From positions 150,697 to 204,174 of the forward strand of contig NIVC01002114.1 in the NCBI GenBank assembly GCA_002269645.1: 53,478 bases of DNA. Direction: 5' to 3'. Below the pieces are notes generated by a model. The model saw only the letters and a list, made by a program, of their open reading frames with translations, was not told the DNA's origin and did not search any database. The position numbers and the translations under genes were made by a program. Below are positions 49,282 to 53,478 of this stretch, piece by piece. Position 1 is the first letter of the stretch, and each line of letters opens with the position of its first letter. The DNA comes from Macrostomum lignano (Eukaryota).

Positions 49282-52200
49282 CTACTTAGCCCGACGAATA
49301 CGGGTAACAAAAACGCCGCCTAGAATAAAGTAGGTGGCCGTGATGGAGAACAGGATGATGTAACCCAGTCCAGCAGTGCAGTCGATTCGTTCGAATATGT
49401 CCAGAATGATTCCGCCAACTGGTACGGCCAGAGCTTGGGGCAGCACCAGAGCCTGCGGTTGTTTGATTGACGGAGGAATGTTTAGCGAGGATTTGTGAGG
49501 GGGTATCTCTTTTTGGGGAGAGGGCGCAATTCATTTCAGGGGTTGCCATTTTTGACTGAGCTTTGGGGGCTATAGCCTCAGGAGATTTAGCACCAGGGGC
49601 TTTAGCACCAGGGGCTTTAGCACCAGGGGCTTTAGCACCAGGAGCGCCAGCACCAGGGGCGCCAGCACTAAGGGGCGCCAGCACTAAGGGGCGCCAGCAC
49701 TAAGGGGCGCCAGCACTAAGGGGCGCCAGCACTAAGGGGCGCCAGCACTAAGGGGCGCCAGCACTAAGGGGCGCCAGCACTAAGGGGCGCCAGCACTAAG
49801 GGGCGCCAGCACTAAGGGGCGCCAGCACTAAGGGGCGCCAGCACTAAGGGGCGCCAGCACTAAGGGGCGCCAGCACTAAGGGGCGCCAGCACTAAGGGGC
49901 GCCAGCACTAAGGGGCGCCAGCACTAAGGGGCGCCAGCACTAAGGGGCACCAGCACCAGGGGCACCAGCACCTGCACAGTCCATGGTGCGCGAGCATCAG
50001 GCGCCTTTCGCCTTTCCGTCGAACAGGTTAATACGAGATTAATCAAGAGAACTTAATGAGGCCTGACTGCTTCGAGGATGACCGAGAGTTCTAAAAGAGA
50101 ATCGCCAATGTCTCAGGGAGAATCGCTCAGAGCTTAATGTCTCAAAAGGAAATAAGCTACTCAGATAGCCAAGGGCTTGATGGATTGTTTTATTCATATC
50201 TGGATACCTGCTGCCAAACAGCAATGTCCCTCGATTTATCCTTCGCCTCGGGCAGCACGTCTATCAGTAGGGCGAAATCCACGGCCTGGTAGCTGCCAAA
50301 TGAGATGCCAAACACCACTGCTATGCCGGTGGCAATGTAGAACGCCATCTGGCCCCTTAGTCCAGCAAGAAGTCCGGCGCAGATGCCCATCAGGATGGAG
50401 GCGGCAATGATTAATGGCTTGCGGCGACCGATCCGGTCAGAGATTACGCCGCAACAGATCGAACTGTTTAATCCGAGAGTGGAGAGATGTGTTGGTTTTC
50501 AAGTCCGGATGGGGTTTGATATTTTATGGCTGAAAGGGGTTCAACTCCGCGGGAAAGGGTAAGGGGTCGATATTTTATGGCTGAGGGGGTTCAAACTCTG
50601 CGGGAAAGGATAGGGGGTTGATATTTTATGGTTGAGAGGGGTTCAACTCCGGGGGGAACCCCTAGGGGTTCAAGTTTTATGGCTGAGAGGGTTTAACTCC
50701 GCGGAAAAGGGTAGGGGTTGAATTTTATGGCTGAGAGAGGTTCAAATCCGCGGTAAAGGATAGGGGGTTGATATTTTATGGCTGAGAGGGGTCAAACTCC
50801 GCGGGAAAGGGTAGGGGGTTCATATTTTATGGCTGAGAGGGGTTCAAATCCGCGGTAAAGGATAGGGCTTGAAGTTTTATGGCTGAGAGTAGTTCAACTC
50901 CGCGAGAAAAGGTAGGGCGTTGATATTTTATGGCTGAGAGAGGTTCAAATCAGCGGTAAAGGATAGGGCTTGAAGTTTTATGGCTGAGAGGGGTTCAAAC
51001 TCTGCGGGAAAGGGTAGGGGGTTGATATTTTATGGTTGAGAGGGTTCAAACTCCACTGGGAAGGGTAAGGGTTGACGGCTGAACTACAAAATGTACGAAA
51101 ACTCGTGTAAAAAATCATCTTACGACAGAGCAGCCGTGCACAGCAGAGGAATCAGCAGAAGCGACACACCCTTGGCAGGGTTCCAACACTGCGGCAGATT
51201 CACCATATCGATTAGCCAGTACTCGAGGAATCTAACCGGGTGTATTTAAAGTACTTTTTACTACATAACAGAGCTCATATAATTTTAGACTTGCAAAATA
51301 TAGAATGACTTCGAATAGAAGTGCCTAATTTACCCGACAGTGGTTGATAGGCCCTGTTGCATTAGGAAGCGAGTGATGAACACCCAGCGAAAGTCGTGCT
51401 CTAGAATAAGAAAATTTAAAAGGCAGATATTGTAGGCGGTGCATTTTCTCCACGATTTGGAACATTTTATTGGCGTCTTACCCAGAAGAGGCAGCCAAAA
51501 TCCAATAATAACATCCTTGAGTCCTGTAATTGGCAAGATTTGGTTCTGTAAATTAAATTCTACGATTGGACTACTGAACAAGCAATAAAAACAATAATCT
51601 ATTACCAATAATAAAATAACAATAGTTAGTTGTATTAATAGTGTTTTACATCGAAGTATTTAATGATACATGCTCACTAATTGGTTCGTGGATGTCCTTG
51701 GACGGTGGTTCGTCAATCGAAAGCACAGTGACGGTGATACACAGTCCCATGATGCAGATCACCAGGATGTAGATTCCGAGCACTCCCAGTGACTGAATTG
51801 GATTGTTAAAATGTTGAGACTCTTTATTGTCTAGCCTAATTGTTAAGTACAATGTTAAGTAAGTATCTTAAGATTTAAGATATTAATGTGCATTTTTAAT
51901 TGTTATGCATATGTGTTCTTTTTTTACATTAGCCTTCACTGTTAGATATTAGCTTTCACTGTTAGGCAGAACTGATCAACCTGTTAGATATTAGCTTTCA
52001 CCTGTTAGACAGAACCGATCACCTATTGGATACAACCGATCAACCTGTTAGATAGAACCCATCACCTGTTAGACAGAACCGATCACCTATTATAGATCAA
52101 TGTTAGATAGAACCATCACCTGTTAGATAGAACCGATCACCTTTTAGACATTAGCCTTCACCTGTTAGATAGAACCGATCAAATGTTAGACAAGCATATT

Positions 52201-52609
52201 TACCTGTTAAAACCAGAGCTTTCACGTGTTTTATTGACGCATTCACCTGTCAGATGAACTCATTCAACTGTTTAAATATTAATTTACTTTAATCTGTCAA
52301 TCAGTTAGACATTATATACTACTACCATTCTATATTACTCACATTCAAAGAGATTCCAACCGCGGCCCCTGAGATGTTGCCAAGTAGTATCATTCCGCCC
52401 ATAACGCCTGAGCTTAAGCCTTCAAAAAAGACGATAAATTGAAAAAAGTATTGCGTATTTGAATGGCTGGGAATCATACTGCAAAATGAACACAAGTTTT
52501 AACTGACCTCTTTGGGTGGGATGCGCCTTGTCCGCTATCAGAGCGTTGTAAGGAGTCGTGGTGCAAACGTACGAGACCGTTACCAGGAAATAGAATGCCA
52601 CAAATAGGC
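49282..52609 (-). CDS. Major facilitator superfamily transporter (sugar/H+ symporter-like), 3' exons; 5' end beyond the window
   Basis: Exons 52508-52609, 52343-52419, 51678-51792, 51482-51523, 51334-51400, 51124-51231, 50208-50463, 49282-49452, with matching phases. Motifs PYNALIADKAHPTQRG, HDFRWVFITRFLMQQG, GVISDRIGRRKPL (MFS motif A), YQAVDFALLIDVLP, ALVLPQ...RIRRAK*. Confidence 0.88.
49575..49975 (+). repeat. 15/16-bp minisatellite (GGCTTTAGCACCAGG grading into GGCGCCAGCACTAAGG)
   Basis: Visible units; same family as 31391-31970. Confidence 0.95.
50505..51075 (+). repeat. About 52-bp degenerate minisatellite (GATATTTTATGGCTGAGAGGGGTTCAAACTCCGCGG...)
   Basis: About 11 visible units, intronic. 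Confidence 0.85.
51930..52260 (+). repeat. Degenerate CACCTGTTAGATAGAACCGAT repeat
   Basis: Visible degenerate units, intronic. Confidence 0.75.
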
Positions 52610-52679
52610 CTGTCCGTATTGACGGTGTGAGAATTTTTATTGGAAAATATAATTGGCTAATTCTGCGCCCTAACTGTTA

Positions 52680-53478
52680 GATACTGCATGGCGGCCTATC
52701 TTTAAGATATTGGTGTCCTATCTGTTAGATATTGGTGTCCTATCTGTTAGATATTGGTGTCCTAACTGTTAGATATTGGTGTCCTATCTGTTAGATATTG
52801 GTGTCCTATCTGTTAGATATTGGTGTCCTATCTTTAATATATTGGTGTCCTATCTGTTAGATATTGGTGTCCTATCTTTAAGATATTGATGTCCTATCTG
52901 TTAGATATTGGTGTCCTATCTGTTAGATATTGGTGTCCTATCTTTAGATATTGGTGTCCTATCTGTTAGATATTGGTGTCCTATCTTTAAGATATTGGTG
53001 TCCTATCTGTTAGATATTGGTGTCCTATCTGTTAGATATTAGTGTCCTATCTTTAAGATATTGGTGTCCTATCTGTTAGATATTGGTGTCCTATCTGTTA
53101 GATATTAGTGTCCTATCTTTAGATATTGGTGTCCTATCTGTTAGATATTGGTGTCCTATCTGTTAGATATTGGTGTCCTATCTTTAGATATTGGTGTCCT
53201 ATCTGTTAGATATTGGTGTCCTATCTTTAAGATATTGGTGTCCTATCTGTTAGATATTGGTGTCCTATCTTTAAGATATTGATGTCCTATCTGTTAGATA
53301 TTGGTGTCCTATCTTTAAGATATTTGTGTCCTATCTGTTAGATATTGGTGTCCTATCTGTTAGATATTGGTGTCCTATCTGTTAGATATTGGCGTCCTAT
53401 TTAAGATATTGGTGTCCTATCTGTTAGATATTGGTGTCCTATCTGTTAGATATTGGTGTCCTATCTGTTAGATATTGA
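52680..53478 (+). repeat. 22-bp minisatellite (CTATCTGTTAGATATTGGTGTC), runs off the window end
   Basis: Visible tandem units, presumably in an MFS intron. Confidence 0.95.

Noticed and set aside
51930-53478. E-box (CACCTG) and GATA (AGATAG) words in MFS intron arrays
   Set aside because: 6-bp motifs are expected by chance among about 30 array units; much less informative than the 14-bp X-box.

Overview
Eukaryotic (animal) genomic DNA. GC-rich exons with polyQ/A/S tracts and minisatellite-filled introns resemble the flatworm Macrostomum lignano; that is an inference and was not checked. I reconstructed five host genes by eye, all on the minus strand: (1) an ANKFN1/wide-awake homolog (852-4305); (2) a small orphan single-pass membrane protein (8791-10396); (3) a ~20-exon, ~1,440 aa TRPM-family channel (about 10801-35448) that carries ankyrin repeats N-terminal to its MHR1/SLOG domain; (4) a 914 aa Ig-superfamily type I membrane protein with an L1CAM-like juxtamembrane tail and a C-terminal ESDL (39153-46616); (5) the 3' part of an MFS transporter (49282-52609, 5' end outside the window). 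The proposed last TRPM intron holds two decayed, convergent Ty3/Gypsy elements inside an (AGAC)n array. About 30 tandem arrays are present, nearly one per intron. Three early TRPM introns (2, 3 and 5) hold arrays built from ETS, RFX X-box and NF-Y CCAAT motifs. The most interesting candidates are the ankyrin-TRPM architecture and the TF-motif minisatellites in the same gene. Apparent frameshifts in GC-rich exons mostly look like 1-nt deletions in short base runs and may be assembly errors. All homology calls come from recalled family motifs; no searches were run.
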